A program made the position numbers and the translations under genes. 64,000 nucleotides of DNA, taken from positions 3,616,001 through 3,680,000 of the forward strand of contig CM000152.2 in assembly GCA_000004695.1 (NCBI GenBank), given 5' to 3'. Source of the DNA: Dictyostelium discoideum. Lineage: Eukaryota. This document shows, in pieces, positions 23,262 through 44,590 of the stretch. The notes below the pieces were generated by a model that saw nothing but the letters and a program-made list of their open reading frames with translations, was not told the DNA's origin and searched no databases. Numbering within the stretch: position 1 is the first letter of the stretch; every line of letters starts with the position of its first letter.

Positions 23262-23700
23262 TCAATTAAAAATGCCATGTTGTGTGCAAAAAAAAAAAAA
23301 AAGTATTAATATTAAATATCTATAAATATTATTAAAATTTAAAATGATTATAATAATTAGCAGATTTTTTAAATCGAAATAAAGGTGACCCATTTGGAAA
23401 GTGAAGAATTGAAATAAATCAGCAGCCATTTGATGTTCATCCAATAATACGTGGTAATGAGTTGGATTAATTGAAGCTTTGAAGGCAACTCTGGGAAACC
23501 AAAAAGAAATCATACCAGCGGCATATCTATTGATGTTATTTCCCAAGATTTTCTAATACGGTTTGAGATCTAACTATTTTGGTAGTTGAATCACTTAATA
23601 ACATGGTACCGACTTCTGTTGAGCACTGAAACCTTTCCAAACTTCTAAAAAGTGTTTTGAAATTCTCTTTTACCAACTGGTGTTTAATAATTTTTACCCA
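23262..23700 (-). pseudogene. Gene fragment (X') paralogous to 12900-13300. Translation GNNINRYAAGMISFWFPRVAFKASINPTHYHVLLDEHQMAADLF, of unknown family.
   Basis: 23640-24100 aligns with 12940-13300 (for example ggtgtttaata.ttttacccattaatgaatat.c.attgatctcataaactatttt). Frames are broken upstream. Confidence 0.3.
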
Positions 23701-24749
23701 TTAATGAATATCCTATTGATCTCATAAACTATTTTAATTTTTAAAAAATATTATAAAAAAAAGATTAATATGAAAAAAAAAAAAATGGAATAAAATAAAA
23801 TAATATAAAAAAATTAAAAACTTACAGATTTAGTTAAAATATTAACGAGTTGAGAGTTATTTGATTTATCATTAATTTGTATCTTTTATCTCTTGCTACT
23901 TGTGGTGGACCAAAATCAATTCAAAATCAACCAATTTCTTAACAGTGCGAATAAGACAAAAAGTATTTTCCAATACTTTCTCGAACCATGCAATATCTTG
24001 GATATCATCACTGTCATCTCTAAACCTTTTCTTGAAATTCTTAAAGCATCCTGTGATTAAGGTGAAAATAAAAAAAATAAAAAGGAAAAATAAAATTTTT
24101 TTTTTTTTTTTTTTTTTTCGACAAACGGAGCGCCAAAAATACAAAATGATTTGAAAAATAAAAATGTAATCATTCTAATTATATTTAAAAAAAAAAAAAA
24201 TTGGGTTAAAACAAAGGAACGGAATATATTTCTGATTAATTTTGTTTTAATATTTATAAACTGTTATAAAAAAAAAAATAAAAAAAATAAAAATAAACTT
24301 TTCTTTTTTTTTTCTTGTTATTTTAAAATAAAAGAAATTGCTAGAGTATAAAAATAATAGAAAGGTGTTTTAAATCATTATAAAACAAGAATATATAAAA
24401 ACAAATAAAAATGATAGGACTACAGTCATTCATTAGTTTTATAATTTAATAATAAACAATCATTTATTTATTTGTTTAATAATTTATTTATTTAAATAGT
24501 ACAGCTTATTCACAAATACCCAAACATCGATAATCTTAATCTACAATAATAATTATTAGAATAAAATAATTTAATAAATGATCAAACTGTTAGTCAATTA
24601 CCATCACCACCACCACCACCACCAACTCGTGATTCCAACACTATCTCACCAAACTCAACCATCTATTCTAACTTAACCATAAAACACCAGAAAAAAAAAA
24701 AATTTTAACAAATAAATTGAAAAAAAAAAAAAAAAAAAAATTATAATGA

Positions 24750-24850
24750 AATTCTAAAAATTGAGGCTATCTGGTGAATTGGCTTGGGTGTGGTGTATAA
24801 TTTATATGAAAGGTGTGTTTTTTTTTGTTGAACCCCTATTTCTAAAATAG
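24750..24850. promoter_or_regulatory. Second copy of the conserved tgrB upstream block
   Basis: ctaaaaattgaggctatctggtgaattggcttgggtgtggtgtat...gaaaggtgtgtttttttttgttgaacccctatttctaaaa. The palindrome arm is degenerate (GGTGTG where the first copy has GGGGTA). Confidence 0.45.
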
Positions 24851-24962
24851 AAATGCTTTTTTTTTTGTAAATAATATTTTTTTTTTTTTTTTTTATTTTA
24901 ACCTCAAATTAATTTTTTTTTTTTTATTATCGTTTTTATTTTAATATTATAATTTTAACAAA

Positions 24963-26043
24963 ATGAAAGTTTTATATATTTATATATTGTTATTGGTTTG
25001 TAAATTTTTATTTGTGAAATCAAGTTGCTCTTTAAAATATGAAAAAATAGAATGTACAAATGAATTTGAAACATTTGAATTATATAATGGTACTGTTGTC
25101 AATGTAAAAATGGATACAGTTGGAGGGAGATATTATTTTAATCCACTAAAGTTTCCTTACAAGAATTTGCTATGCGATTTAAATATTTTAATTAAATTCA
25201 CACCAGAAATCCCATCATTCCCAAATATACCCACAACAGGTGGAGAATTCGGGTTCACCTTCAACTTTCCTTGCACCTATAAGCGAACAGTCAAAGAAAT
25301 AGGAACAGAAAGAACTTTATTATCTCTCAGTTTTGATACAAGCAAAAATCAGTTCGTTACTTACTTGGATCCAGGGTGTGGTGCTTTAAATTTGTTTTTT
25401 GAAAATATCCAGATTTTGAATTCAACTTTTGAAACTGGTGCCATACCCAATGTACCAATTCTCGATGATGATAAAGGTATTTTAACTATTCAAGGTCGTA
25501 ATCTCTACAACACTTCAATTAAAATTTATTCAACTAACATTCTGAAAGACACCAACCCTATTGGTGCACTAGATACTTCCCATTCTTCTGTCACATTCTC
25601 CGCTGAAGAATTTTTAACTCCAAATAATTGGACAATTGAAGTCTCAATATGTGGCTCATTTTATAAAAGCTATTCCTACCCATATTTACCGGTGCTCATC
25701 AAAATGGAGGGGGCACTTAATGATAATGGTTGTAATATGGTATTTACTGGAAAGCATTTAAGACCAAAACACAATGTTACTGGTACTTTTGGTAATAAAA
25801 CTATTGAGTGTCTCACAACCAATTCTTCAAAAAGCATAACATGTACCATTCCAAGTCTTAAAAGTTATGGTTCTCTTGGTTATGATATTCCTGTAACAAT
25901 TACTGTAAGTAGGATACAATATATATTATAAATACATATTGTTATCATATAACCAATTACTAATTATTTTTTAAATAATATTTTATTTAGATTGATGGAG
26001 AATACAAATCAAATACAATTAAAATATCATATGATATTCCAAG
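24963..26043 (+). pseudogene. Truncated tgrB-like copy: exon 1 plus the first 53 nt of exon 2 only
   Basis: Exon 1 (24963..25904) is ~90% identical at the protein level to tgrB1-like exon 1 (MKVLYIYILLLVCKFLFVKSSCSLK...PVTITVSRIQY), with a GTAAGT donor. Exon 2 starts at 25991 (IDGEYKSNTIKISYDIP) and homology ends at 26043. Confidence 0.6.
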
Positions 26044-26224
26044 GTATACTTTTAAAATAAAAAAATAAAGAAATATAATACTCTTTTTTTTTTTTTAATT
26101 ATTACTTTATTTTTAAAATTTCTACTTTTTTTTTTTTTTTTTTTTATTAAAATCTTTACGTTAATAATTTAAAAAAAAAAATTATAAAAAATAAATAAAT
26201 AAATAAATATTATTATTTATTTAT

Positions 26225-26460
26225 TTATTTTTTATAATTTAAATCCGTTTGAACATAGGGTCAGCATAAACCCCACTACCACACCCTCACTGCTGGAGAG
26301 GAGATGGTAGGAGGCGTTATGGTCTATATGATTACTCAGTAAAATAAGCAGGTATTCTACGTTTTATGGTGTATAATCGAATAGACTGATGTCGATGATC
26401 AAGTGACCTTGATTATGTTCGAAGCCACGTAACACAATATCATGGTCTGCCACAAAATCA
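26225..26460. other. Isolated GC-rich (~45% GC) island in AT-rich intergenic DNA. Candidate ncRNA or mobile-element remnant, unassigned.
   Basis: ccgtttgaacatagggtcagcataaaccccactaccacaccctcactgctggagaggagatggtaggaggcgttatggtc...gatgatcaagtgaccttgattatgttcgaagccacgtaac. No long ORF in any frame. Flanked by (A)n/(T)n. Confidence 0.3.
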
Positions 26461-26829
26461 ACAAAAACAATAACAAATAATTATAAAATTTGATTTGATT
26501 AATAATAAATTTTAAAAAAAAAAAAAAAAAATTTTTACACTTCAACCAAATCTAATTTTATAAAAAATAAAATAAATTCAATTATTTTTAATAAGAATTT
26601 AGTATAGATAAATATACACAAAATGATATTAAAATTTAAAAAAAAAAAATGAATGTAATCATTCTATTTTTTTATTAATTTTTTTTTTTTTTATTTATAT
26701 CGATATAAACAATTTTGAAAACAAAGGAATGGAATATGGTTCTGATTAATTTTTTTTGTTTTAATATTAATTTTTTATTCATAAAAAAAAAAAAAAATAA
26801 AAAAAAAATAAAGATAAAAATAAACTTTT

Positions 26830-26874
<45 letters not shown>

Positions 26875-27331
26875 GAAAATCTAAAAATATTAAATAAAAT
26901 ATTATTTAATAAATAAAAAATAATAAAATAACAAAATAATAAAAAAATGTAATAATAAATAATAATAAAAAAAAAAATTTTAATATTAATAATAATAAAA
27001 AAATAAATTGATTTGTTTTAACTTTTTTTTTTGGTGGCATTTTTATTTTTTAAGTGCATTCACCACGTGCACAACCAAATAGTCAACAATCACTAACAAT
27101 TTATAACATGTTGGTTCTTGTAGGTGAAAAAAACTGGAAAAAAAAGATACAAAAATGAAGAAAAAAAATAAATTTTAAATCATTCAAAAAATAAAACAAA
27201 TAAATAAATATAAATAAATAAAAATAAATTAAACAAATTTATAAATAAATTCATTTAATAAATATAATTAAAGTAACAAAATAAAATAAAATAAAATAAA
27301 ATAAAATAAAAATAAAATAAAATAAAATAAA

Positions 27332-27893
<562 letters not shown>

Positions 27894-28105
27894 ATAATAA
27901 AAAAAAAGTTCATATATTTTTATTATTATTTTTTATGTGTTTGTTTATTTATTTACTTATTTATTTTATCATTTAATTAATTATTTATTAGTCCGTTTGC
28001 TTATTAGTTTATTTATTTATTTTTTTATTTATTTTTTTATTTATTTATTTTAAAAGTTTTAATTTTATAAAATGTGATTTTAAATTTACATTTTCTTTTA
28101 ATTTT

Positions 28106-28228
28106 TTAAAAGTTTTTTCTTAAATATTTTTTTGCGCGACTTATTATTCTAAAAATAAAGAAACAACCAATGATAGAACAACTAGAAGCAATACCAATAA
28201 ATACAAAAGCTGCAGTTAAACCAGCTGA

Positions 28229-28260
<32 letters not shown>

Positions 28261-29240
28261 CTTCTTCTTCTTCTTCTTCTTCTTCTTCTTCTTCTTCTTC
28301 TTCTTCTTCTTCTTCTTCTTCTTTGCCAATAATATATTGTGTTAATGATATACCCTTAAGACTTATTGAATTACAACCACCGAAATTAACGTCAGGTGAT
28401 ACTATTTCACAAAATTCATTTACATCTAATTGACATTTCAATTGAGTTGTTTTTGAATTTATAAATGTACATTGTCTATCACAAATTGTAATAGATGGGA
28501 TAAATGATGAATTTAAAGTCGAAGATAATCTAGAACCATTAATTGTTATAATACCACCTAAATCATTTGGAAATAATGATACTGAATTTACTATTGCTGG
28601 GAAACAATAGGTATAATTCTTTTCATTTGAGACACCATTTACAGTAATACTAACAGATATTAGACCAGGATCAACTATATCATAGTTATACACTTGAATT
28701 AGTTTATGTTTTACTGAAATAACAAAATCAGGTTGATTAATACCATCAAATAAAACCGTAACCAGCTTTTTATTTGTATGGAAGTTATCACCACTAATTA
28801 CTATATCTTTTGATGGGTGTAAATAAATACTTGATATTTTAGGTGATCCATATTAAAATGGTAAAGGATAATACCCGTCTTGGTAAAGGACTACCCGAAA
28901 TTCTCGAGAATGGTTCATCTGCATAGAATAAACAATATCTCTTATTATATATATAGATGACAATCAAAATAATTTGGTACCATTTCATATCTGGGTGTTG
29001 TTTCGTTTTCATACAAAATGAAACGGGTAAAATATGGGGAATCACCGTTAAAAATTAATATAAATGATGTTATATCATATTCTACTTCTAATATAAAAAA
29101 TTAATTAATTTCATAAACACATTATTTTAATAAATAATTAAAAAATGATACTTACCAATTGGATTTGAAAAATCCATTGAATACCTTGATTTAAAAATTG
29201 AGAATAAAAATAAAATCAGTAATGAAATTTTCTTTTCCAT
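28106..29240 (-). pseudogene. Internally deleted, frameshifted tgrC-like copy with a (GAA)n poly-Glu insertion before the TM
   Basis: Exon 1 mimic at 29240..29155 (MEKKISLLILFLFSIFKSRYSMDFSNPIG|gtaagt). Exon 2 is broken by stops. The ORF 28106-28693 joins a mid-protein segment (NGVSNEKNYTYCFPAIVNSVS...VNFGGCNSISL) directly to a run of ~30 Glu ((CTT)n on the plus strand at 28231-28322) and a TM plus short tail. Confidence 0.55.
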
Positions 29241-29989
29241 TTTTATTAATAATTATTAAAAAAAGAAAATTAAATTAGAGAAATAATAATTAATATTGAG
29301 TAATTAATTAATTTTTTTTTTTTTTAAAAAAATAATAACAGCATGGGTTGGTAAAAAACTGTGTGAGATTAGTTGGCATGTGGAAAAAAAAAATATATAA
29401 TAATAAAACACAAAGAATTTCAAAAAAAAAATAAAAATATATAAAAAATAATAAATGTATGAAATAAAAAAAATGTTTTTTTTTTTTTTTTTTTTTAATG
29501 ATTAATTTTTTATTATTAATTTATTTACCTTATATATTTTATTAGTTATAAATACAAAAAGTATTTTTTAAAAATTATAATAATATTCATTTTAATAATA
29601 ACAATTTTTTTTTTTTTTTTTAATTTATTATTATTGTCATTTTCATTTTCTTTATTTTCATTATTATTATGATTTATTATAATAAATCATAGAAATAATG
29701 TAAATAGAGATATTCAAAATGACAACAATAATAAAAACGTTTTTCACACCAAAAAGAATTAAATTTTTTTTTTTTCTTTTTTTTTTTTTCTTTTTTTTTT
29801 TTTCTTTTTTTTTCAAAAACCTTCAAATTTTTTTTTTTTTTTTCATTTTCCATCATCTTTATAATTAATAATAAATGTAATTTTTCTTTAAAAATAATTC
29901 ATTTTTTATTTTTATTTTTTTTATTTTATTTTTTAAACCGTACATTTTATTAACTGTTATTAATTAATTATAAATTACTATCATATGGA

Positions 29990-31840
29990 CAAAGGCCAAC
30001 AACAAAAAGATTAACCACCTTCAAGATGTTGAAAAAGTGAATGAAGAAGAAAATAAAGTTTATAGTATCAGCATCACCAAAATTATATACATCAAAACCC
30101 ATATCACCTACTAGTAGTGGTAAAACTTCAACATGTTGGTAGAATATTTAGCAAGGCACTAAGATAGAGCCAGATCTGGATTATTTCAATTGTTTTATTC
30201 AAGTAGTTATCTTTTTTTTTTTTTTTTTGTGAAAATTTTAAATCAAAGATCAGGTGATATGGAATTCGATCAATTATCATGGTATCAGCATCAAATCCTA
30301 TAGAAACACTATCAATTCGCGTCCACCATCATCTATCGTTTAATGACCTATCCTGCAACTGATCCGGATTGGCAAATATTTTAACTGGTTTAGAATTATT
30401 CTACGTAAATCTTTAGAATGGTAATCACCAAAAGATCCAGAGCAACCATTAGGCGATAAAGACAAAACAATTGGTAGTAAATCAAATGTTTCAAAACTGA
30501 TGAAGAGATGAAAGATGAATCTAAGGTAATGCTGATGACAATAGTGGTATGACTTGGCCAACTCCATCTAAAAATAATACAGACATGTGCTCTTAACATC
30601 TTAAATTTCAACCACTACCACCACCACAATCAAGGGTATAACTCTGACTCTCAGTGGATATTCCACAAAATAAAGCTCAAGATGGTCGAGTAGAACAAGA
30701 AGAGGATCAAATGGATATCGATAATGAAGAAGAAGATGATATGGCTGTTGATCATAAACAAGAAATTAAACATCAAGATGATTCTAAACAACTCAATGAA
30801 AATAAAAAGATATCAATTTAAAACAAGATCAACATAAACAACATAAGGAAAAAGAAAAAGAAAAATTGGAAAAGATCAATAAGATGGTGAAGATGATAAA
30901 TTGGATGGTTTAAATCAAAAAGAACAATTCACAGAGGAACAATTAAAAAATTTCACAAATACTGAAAAGAAGATCTGGACAATTGGGACTTATTCTTGAA
31001 CCAACTTTGGCAACTAAATTACAAGGAGATTATAAACCAAAACCAACCAAGAGACAATATCAAGTTTTATTGACAATCATCGATAATACTTAATCAATGG
31101 CTTCCTATCACTGTGGTTTTGCATTAGAAGCTATGATACTATGATTTCAATGTAGTTGGTCAGTTAGGTATTGTTAGATTTGGAAAGATGATATTCAATT
31201 GGCGTTCATTCGATCAAGTTTTCTGATCAAACGCAGTGTCCTGCCTGAAATCACACAATTTAAACTCCAACAAACTAAAACCAATATGGTTAACTTCCTC
31301 TCCAAAACCCTTCAAGTCATGGATATGAATAAACGATCAAGTTTAGGTGAACTATGCATTGGTTTTCATTGTTTTTGATGGCTGAAGTTTTAGTGATCCA
31401 GAAACTACAAAGAAATATCAAAGATCAGGTTTAAATTTATTACGATCAATCATTCATAATAGATTCAAATCTAAAGGACATGAAAGAGATTAGAGGTTAC
31501 CAATAGTTAGCTTTTTAATTAGAAAAAATTGGGTATTGTATGATCAATTATTGTCAATACTAATCTCATCAATCAACACCTCAACTCATTAAATTCAGAT
31601 GGTCCAAAGAAGATAGATCTAAAAAAGATAAAGCAGCAGGGACTACAACAGCAACAACACCAACACCAACACCAACACCAACAGCGACAACAACACCAAC
31701 ACCAACAGCGACAACAACACCAACACCAACACCAACACCAACACCAACACCAACACCAACACCAACACCAACACCAACACCAACACCAACACCAACACCA
31801 ACACCAACACCAACAGCTGATAAACCCATTTCATTCTAAA
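29990..31840 (+). pseudogene. Degenerate pseudogene ending in an (ACACCA)n Thr-Pro repeat; inverted partner of 11640-12700
   Basis: Multiple stops in every frame, yet long stretches are alignable to X. It ends ...(TPTPTP)n TADKPISF*. The (ACACCA)n run is at 31622-31806. Confidence 0.3.
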
Positions 31841-32371
31841 GTTATATGCTAATGGTTATAAAACTATATCCACAATAACAATTATCATCTGAAATACTAG
31901 GAAAATCAAGAATGAACAAAAATTACAACAACCACCATTACAAGAACTAAAAGAATAAACCACAATATTAGTAATAGTTATAGTATTAGTTATAGTATTA
32001 GTAATATTAGTAATAGATAGTAATAGTATTGCTAATACCAATACTAATAGTAATAATAGTAATATTAATTGTGCAGAGTAAAAGTAGTAAGATTAATCAA
32101 ACAGTTTATCCATATAATTTAAATTGTTTTTTCTTTCATTTTTCTCAACAAATTATTATAATAAAAAAAAAAAATTAAACAAAAAATAAAAATAAATATA
32201 AAAATCAAAAAGTTATTTTAGTGTTAATTTTTAATAATTTTAACAGAAATTTTATTTTAGAGAAAAAATTAATTTTAAAAATAAAATTAATAAATGTTAT
32301 TCATTATTATTAAAAAAATAAAAAATTCATTACATAGCTAAAAAAAAAAAAAAAAAAAGAAATAAACAAAA

Positions 32372-32751
32372 ATGACAGGTAAAATTTCAGTTGTATTTAG
32401 AGTATCACCATGGGATGAAGAAACTGATATTAAAAAAGTTGAGGAAAGAGTTAGAAGTATTAGCAAAGAAGGATTGCACTGGGGTGACAGCAAAAATGAA
32501 TCAGTCTTTGGAGATATCAAAGTATTGAAAATCCTTGCAGTTATTGAACCATCAGTATCAGTTGATGAGATCGAACAAGAAATCTCTGATTTTGATGACT
32601 TGGTTCAAGTAATTATCTTTTTTTATTTATTTCCAATATAATTTTTTCTAATTTTAATTAATATTTTTTTTTTTTTTTTTTTTTATTTTTATTTTTATTT
32701 TATTCCCTACTCCAACAGAGCGTTCAATGCGAAAATATGTCTTTGATCTGA
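32372..32751 (+). CDS. EF-1beta/delta guanine-nucleotide-exchange domain-only protein, ~89 aa, probably 2 exons
   Basis: Exon 1 is 32372..32608: MTGKISVVFRVSPWDEETDIKKVEERVRSISKEGLHWGDSKNESVFGDIKVLKILAVIEPSVSVDEIEQEISDFDDLVQ. It matches the EF1B C-terminal domain pattern (PWDDETD..KLEE.VRSI..GL.WG.SK....GI.KL.I..V.ED.KV..D..EE.I..FE..VQS). The putative donor is GTAATT and the intron is 110 bp. Exon 2 is 32719..32751 (SVQCENMSLI*). The exon 2 call is weak. Confidence 0.45.
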
Positions 32752-32860
32752 CTTTTTAAGATATTAAAAATAAAATCTAGCCCCTTTTTTTGCTTTCCAA
32801 AAAAAAAAAAAAAAAAAAAAAAAGTTTAAAAAAAAAGAGAACTGTATTTTATTTATTTTT

Positions 32861-40137
<7,277 letters not shown>

Positions 40138-40674
40138 CTTTTTTTTATATTTGATTTTATTTTTTTTTTTTTTATTTTTAATATGTTTGAATTTGAGATA
40201 TTATTCGATTTGTGTGAGAAAAGAAATCTTAAAAATATCTTTTTTTTTTTTTTTTTTTTTTTTCGATATATATAAAATAAAATAAGATAAACGTGATAAA
40301 TAAAAATAAAACCAATGAAAATGAATTATTGATGTGATATTTATTTAATATATTATTTACAAATGTTTAAAGTATATTTTATATATTATGTGTGTGTTGT
40401 TTCTATTATTAAAAAAAAAAAAGAAAAAAAAAAAAAAAAGATAAAAAAAAGTAGTTATCGTTATTTCTATTTATATATCTTTTAGTTTGATTATATTACA
40501 TAAATTGAAATAGGTTTTTTTTTTTTACTTTTTTTGTTTTAAAGAATATAATAATAAAACAAAAAATATTGTGAAAAAAAAAAATAAGAAATAAAAATAG
40601 TGTGTAAAAAAAAAACTATCTCTTTTTTTTTTTTTTGGTTTTGTTTTATTTGATGTGCCTGTTGGTGAGGAATG

Positions 40675-40735
<61 letters not shown>

Positions 40736-41512
40736 AAAAACCTTTTTTTTTTCTTTTTTTTTTTTTTTTTATATAGTTGATTTTTTTTTTTTTTTCTTAA
40801 TTATTTACTTTATTTTTATTTATTTTACTTTATTTTATTTTATTTTAATTTATTTCCAACAAATATATTTATTTAATTAGTTTTCATCCAAAAAAAGAAA
40901 TGATGAACTTTTTTTTTTTTTTTTTTTTTTTTTTCATGATGATTATTATTATTAAATATAATAAAAATAAAAAAATAATAAGAAATAATAAAAATAAAAA
41001 TAAAATAATTCTTAATTTAAATTAATTGTTTTTTTTTTTTGTTTTTTTAATTTTATTTTATTTTATTTAGTTTTTTTTTTTTTTTTGGAGTAACCACTTA
41101 TTAAAAACTGTAATTAAAAATTCTTTTTTTTTAGTTCCAAAAAAAAAAAAAACAAAAAAAAGAAACCATTTATAACTCTCCTAAAAACCATGAGATATAT
41201 TGACGGTATAAATATAATACTATACTAATCGCTATTTTTAGTACTATTTTAAAAAATATGGAATAATAACCTTCTAGAAGTCATTACCTATTATTATTTA
41301 TCTTTTTTTTTTTTTTTTTATAGAAAAAAAAAGGATATATATTCTTTTTTTTTTTTTTTTATAGAATATATATTATTGTTATTGATTATTATTTTTATTA
41401 TTATTTTGATTAATTATATTATTATTCTTTATTATTTATTATTGTTATTTTTTTATTATTATTATTACTATCTATTTTTAATTATTATTATTATTATTAT
41501 TATTATTAAATA

Positions 41513-41925
41513 TTAAACTATTGTACATCTTGATGGTTCAACAGTTTGTTGATCTTTTTGAAGGTGTCCAATGAAATATTGGTCATTTAAAATTTGTAAC
41601 ATTTTTGAAGAATGAAATTGAACATTTTCTGTTCCATCTTTACCTGCGAATCTTAATAATGCATTCTTACCACCAGGATGGTGATTAATATATTTCGTAA
41701 TATCATAAACCTTATTATGTATGATCATCCAACAACTATCAAAACTATTATGCGTTGCTATTTCCTCTAAAGAGAACCAATTATTTTGATTTATTGGATC
41801 ATTTAATTTACCAGGTTTATATTTTGATATTATAGGTGTTATTATTTTTTCTTTTTCTTTTTCTATTATTTTTGTTGTATCTATTATTCTTTTAACTTGT
41901 GGTTGTTGCTGTTTCTTTTCATCAC

Positions 41926-41956
<31 letters not shown>

Positions 41957-42445
41957 TTTATTATTTTTATTATTATTATTATCATTATTGTTACTATTAA
42001 CATTTGTATTATTATTTAAAGTTAAATAGATTGGTTGTATATTTGAATTTGTTTCTTTATTAAATTTTTCATGAGAAGAATCGCAAAAAGGTAGGTTTGA
42101 GGATTGTTGACAAACACATACTAATGTCGTTGTTGTTTTGCCATTACTCATACTTTCTAATAACTGTTTAGTTTGTGGTAATTGTTCATTCGATAAATAT
42201 TGCAAACTATTTGATATATTATTTAAACACTCTGACAATGGTTGATCTTTTGATACCTTTTGCTCAATTATAATCTTTCTGTCACCATTATTATTATTAT
42301 TAATGCCACTATTATTACTACTATATTCTTTTTTACTACTACAGTGTGCTGGAATTCGCCCTTTACCTTTATTTGAGCTGCAACAGCATGAATCACATGA
42401 CTGTCTTTTCCTTATCGATTTTGGAGGTGAATTTACTGGTATCAT
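41513..42445 (-). CDS. Cytochrome b5 heme-binding-domain protein with a Cys-rich N-terminal region and a poly-Asn linker, 310 aa
   Basis: ATG at 42445. The C-terminal domain LEEIATHNSFDSCWMIIHNKVYDITKYINHHPGGKNALLRFAGKDGTENVQFHS carries the b5 HPGG signature. N-terminus: CDSCCCSSNKGKGRIPAHC...VCVCQQSSNLPFCDSSHEKF. Confidence 0.65.
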
Positions 42446-42449
42446 TTTA

Positions 42450-42487
<38 letters not shown>

Positions 42488-43107
42488 TATAAATTATTGT
42501 TATTATCGTTTTATGTGTTGTTTTTTCTTTGGGGAAAAATTTTAATTAATAAATTGTTTTTTTTTTTTTTTTTTTTTCTTTTTCTTTTTCTTTTTTTTTC
42601 TTGATAAACTGGTTTTTTGTCTTTAAATTTTTTAAAATTTATTTTTTTATTTTATTTTTATTTTTTATTTTATTTTTTATTTTTTTATTTTTTTTTTGTT
42701 TAACTGATTAGTTATTATTTTATTTTTATTTTATTTTTTATTTTTTTGTTTTTTTTTTATATTTTCCTAAGAAAAAAAACCTTTTTCTAATTAGTTATTA
42801 TTATATGTACATGTATTGAGTATATTAAAATGTTTTTTTTTTTTTTTTTTTTGGAAAATTTTAAATTTCTTGGGGGGGAAAAAAAAAAAAAAAAAAAAAA
42901 AATTTNAAATTTTTAAAAAAAAAAAAACCCTTTAAAAAAGGGGGNTTTTTTAAATTTTTTTAAAACTGTAAAAAAGAAAAAATTTTTTTTTTTTGGTTAA
43001 AAAAAAACAATTCCAAAAAAGGCNNGNAATTTGCTTTTTTAAATTTCTTTTTTTTTTTTTTTAATTATATTTTAAAATTTTTTTTTTAATTTGTGATTAA
43101 AAAAATA

Positions 43108-43160
<53 letters not shown>

Positions 43161-44552
43161 AAAAAAAAAAAAAAAAAAACCAAAAAAAAAAAAAAAAAAA
43201 ATCGAAAATTTTTTTTTTTAATTTTTTTATTTCCGGAAATATTGTGGGAGAGTGATCTGGAATTAATAAAAATTAATTTCTTTTTTTATTTTGAACCCAT
43301 TTATATAAATGTTTAATATTATCCGATGATCTATTTATAATAATTAAAAATAAAAAAAAAAAAAAAAAAAAAGAAAACAAATGGAAATAAATGGAAAAAA
43401 AGAAAAACTACACAAAAAAAAAAAAACACAATGAATATGACACCAAAAAACNATTTCTATAAATATAATTAATTAATAATTGAAATTAATATGTTAGTAA
43501 AGTTATTATTATTATTATTATTATTATTATAGAAAATATTTTTAAATAAAAAAATAATATATTATTTTTTTATTTTCAAAACAAAAAAAAAAAAAAGAAA
43601 AATAAATCAAATGAATATTTCATATTAAATGAATTTGTAAATAAAGTTTAATTATTTCTCTTCTTTTTTAATACATTTAATTTTTTTTTTTTTCTTTTTA
43701 TTTAGTATAAAAAATTTAATTTAAAATAATTAATTCAAAAGTGTTAAAGGTGAGAATTTATATTTTAATTATTATTAATTTTTTTTTTTTTTATATGGAT
43801 TGCAAAAAAAAAGATCTGGGTTAAAAAAAAAAAAAAAAAAAGGGTCTAACGAACAAATAAATAATATTTTTATATTTCATTTCAAAAATAAATTATTTAA
43901 GAAAGGTTTTTTATTGAGGCATTATTTTTATTATTTAGAAGATTGTTTGTGTGAGGTATGTTACTTTTTTTTTTTAGTTTTTTTTTTTTTTAAAATCTTT
44001 TTTTTTATTTTTTATTTTTTATTTTTTTTTTTTTTTTGGTTTTTGCCAACTTTTTTTTTTTTTCCCATTCTTTTTATTTATATATTTTTGTTGGTTGTAA
44101 GTAAAAAAATAGATATAAAAAAAATATTAGATTACTAATCGTTTTCTTTTTTTTATTTTTTTTATTTATATAGCTCACTTATTTTCTTTAAAAGGATTAT
44201 AATGAGAATTGGAAGGGTGGGAGGGGGTTATATTACCTTTTTTTTATGAAGATTACTTTGTTATACCTTTTCTTTCAATGGTAACTATTGATAAAAATAA
44301 TAATAATAAAATAATAAAATTAAAATTAAAATTAAAATATATTAATTTTTTTTTTTTTTTTTTTTAATTTTAAAGATTAATTTATGGTAGAGAAAACTTC
44401 CTAAGAGCAACAAAGGTTTCTGATTGGATAAACTTTAATTTACGGCAATGGTACTTTAAAGTTTCCAAAAAGATTGATCCAAAGGTACGGCAATGGTGCT
44501 ATTGGAACAAAAATATATAACCAGCAACAAAAAAAAAAAATAAAAATAAAAA

Positions 44553-44590
<38 letters not shown>

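Noticed and set aside
28198-28325. Long (CTT)n/(GAA)n tract, initially suggestive of an independent acidic protein or a CRISPR-like array
   Set aside because: It is a pure trinucleotide microsatellite, in frame within the degenerate tgrC-like ORF. It has no spacer/repeat architecture. The organism is a eukaryote.
42880-43460. N characters and odd G/C-containing snippets (gggggg, cccttt, ggcnngnaat) in a poly(A)/poly(T) desert
   Set aside because: These are low-quality or ambiguous base calls in an assembly trouble spot, not a biological feature.
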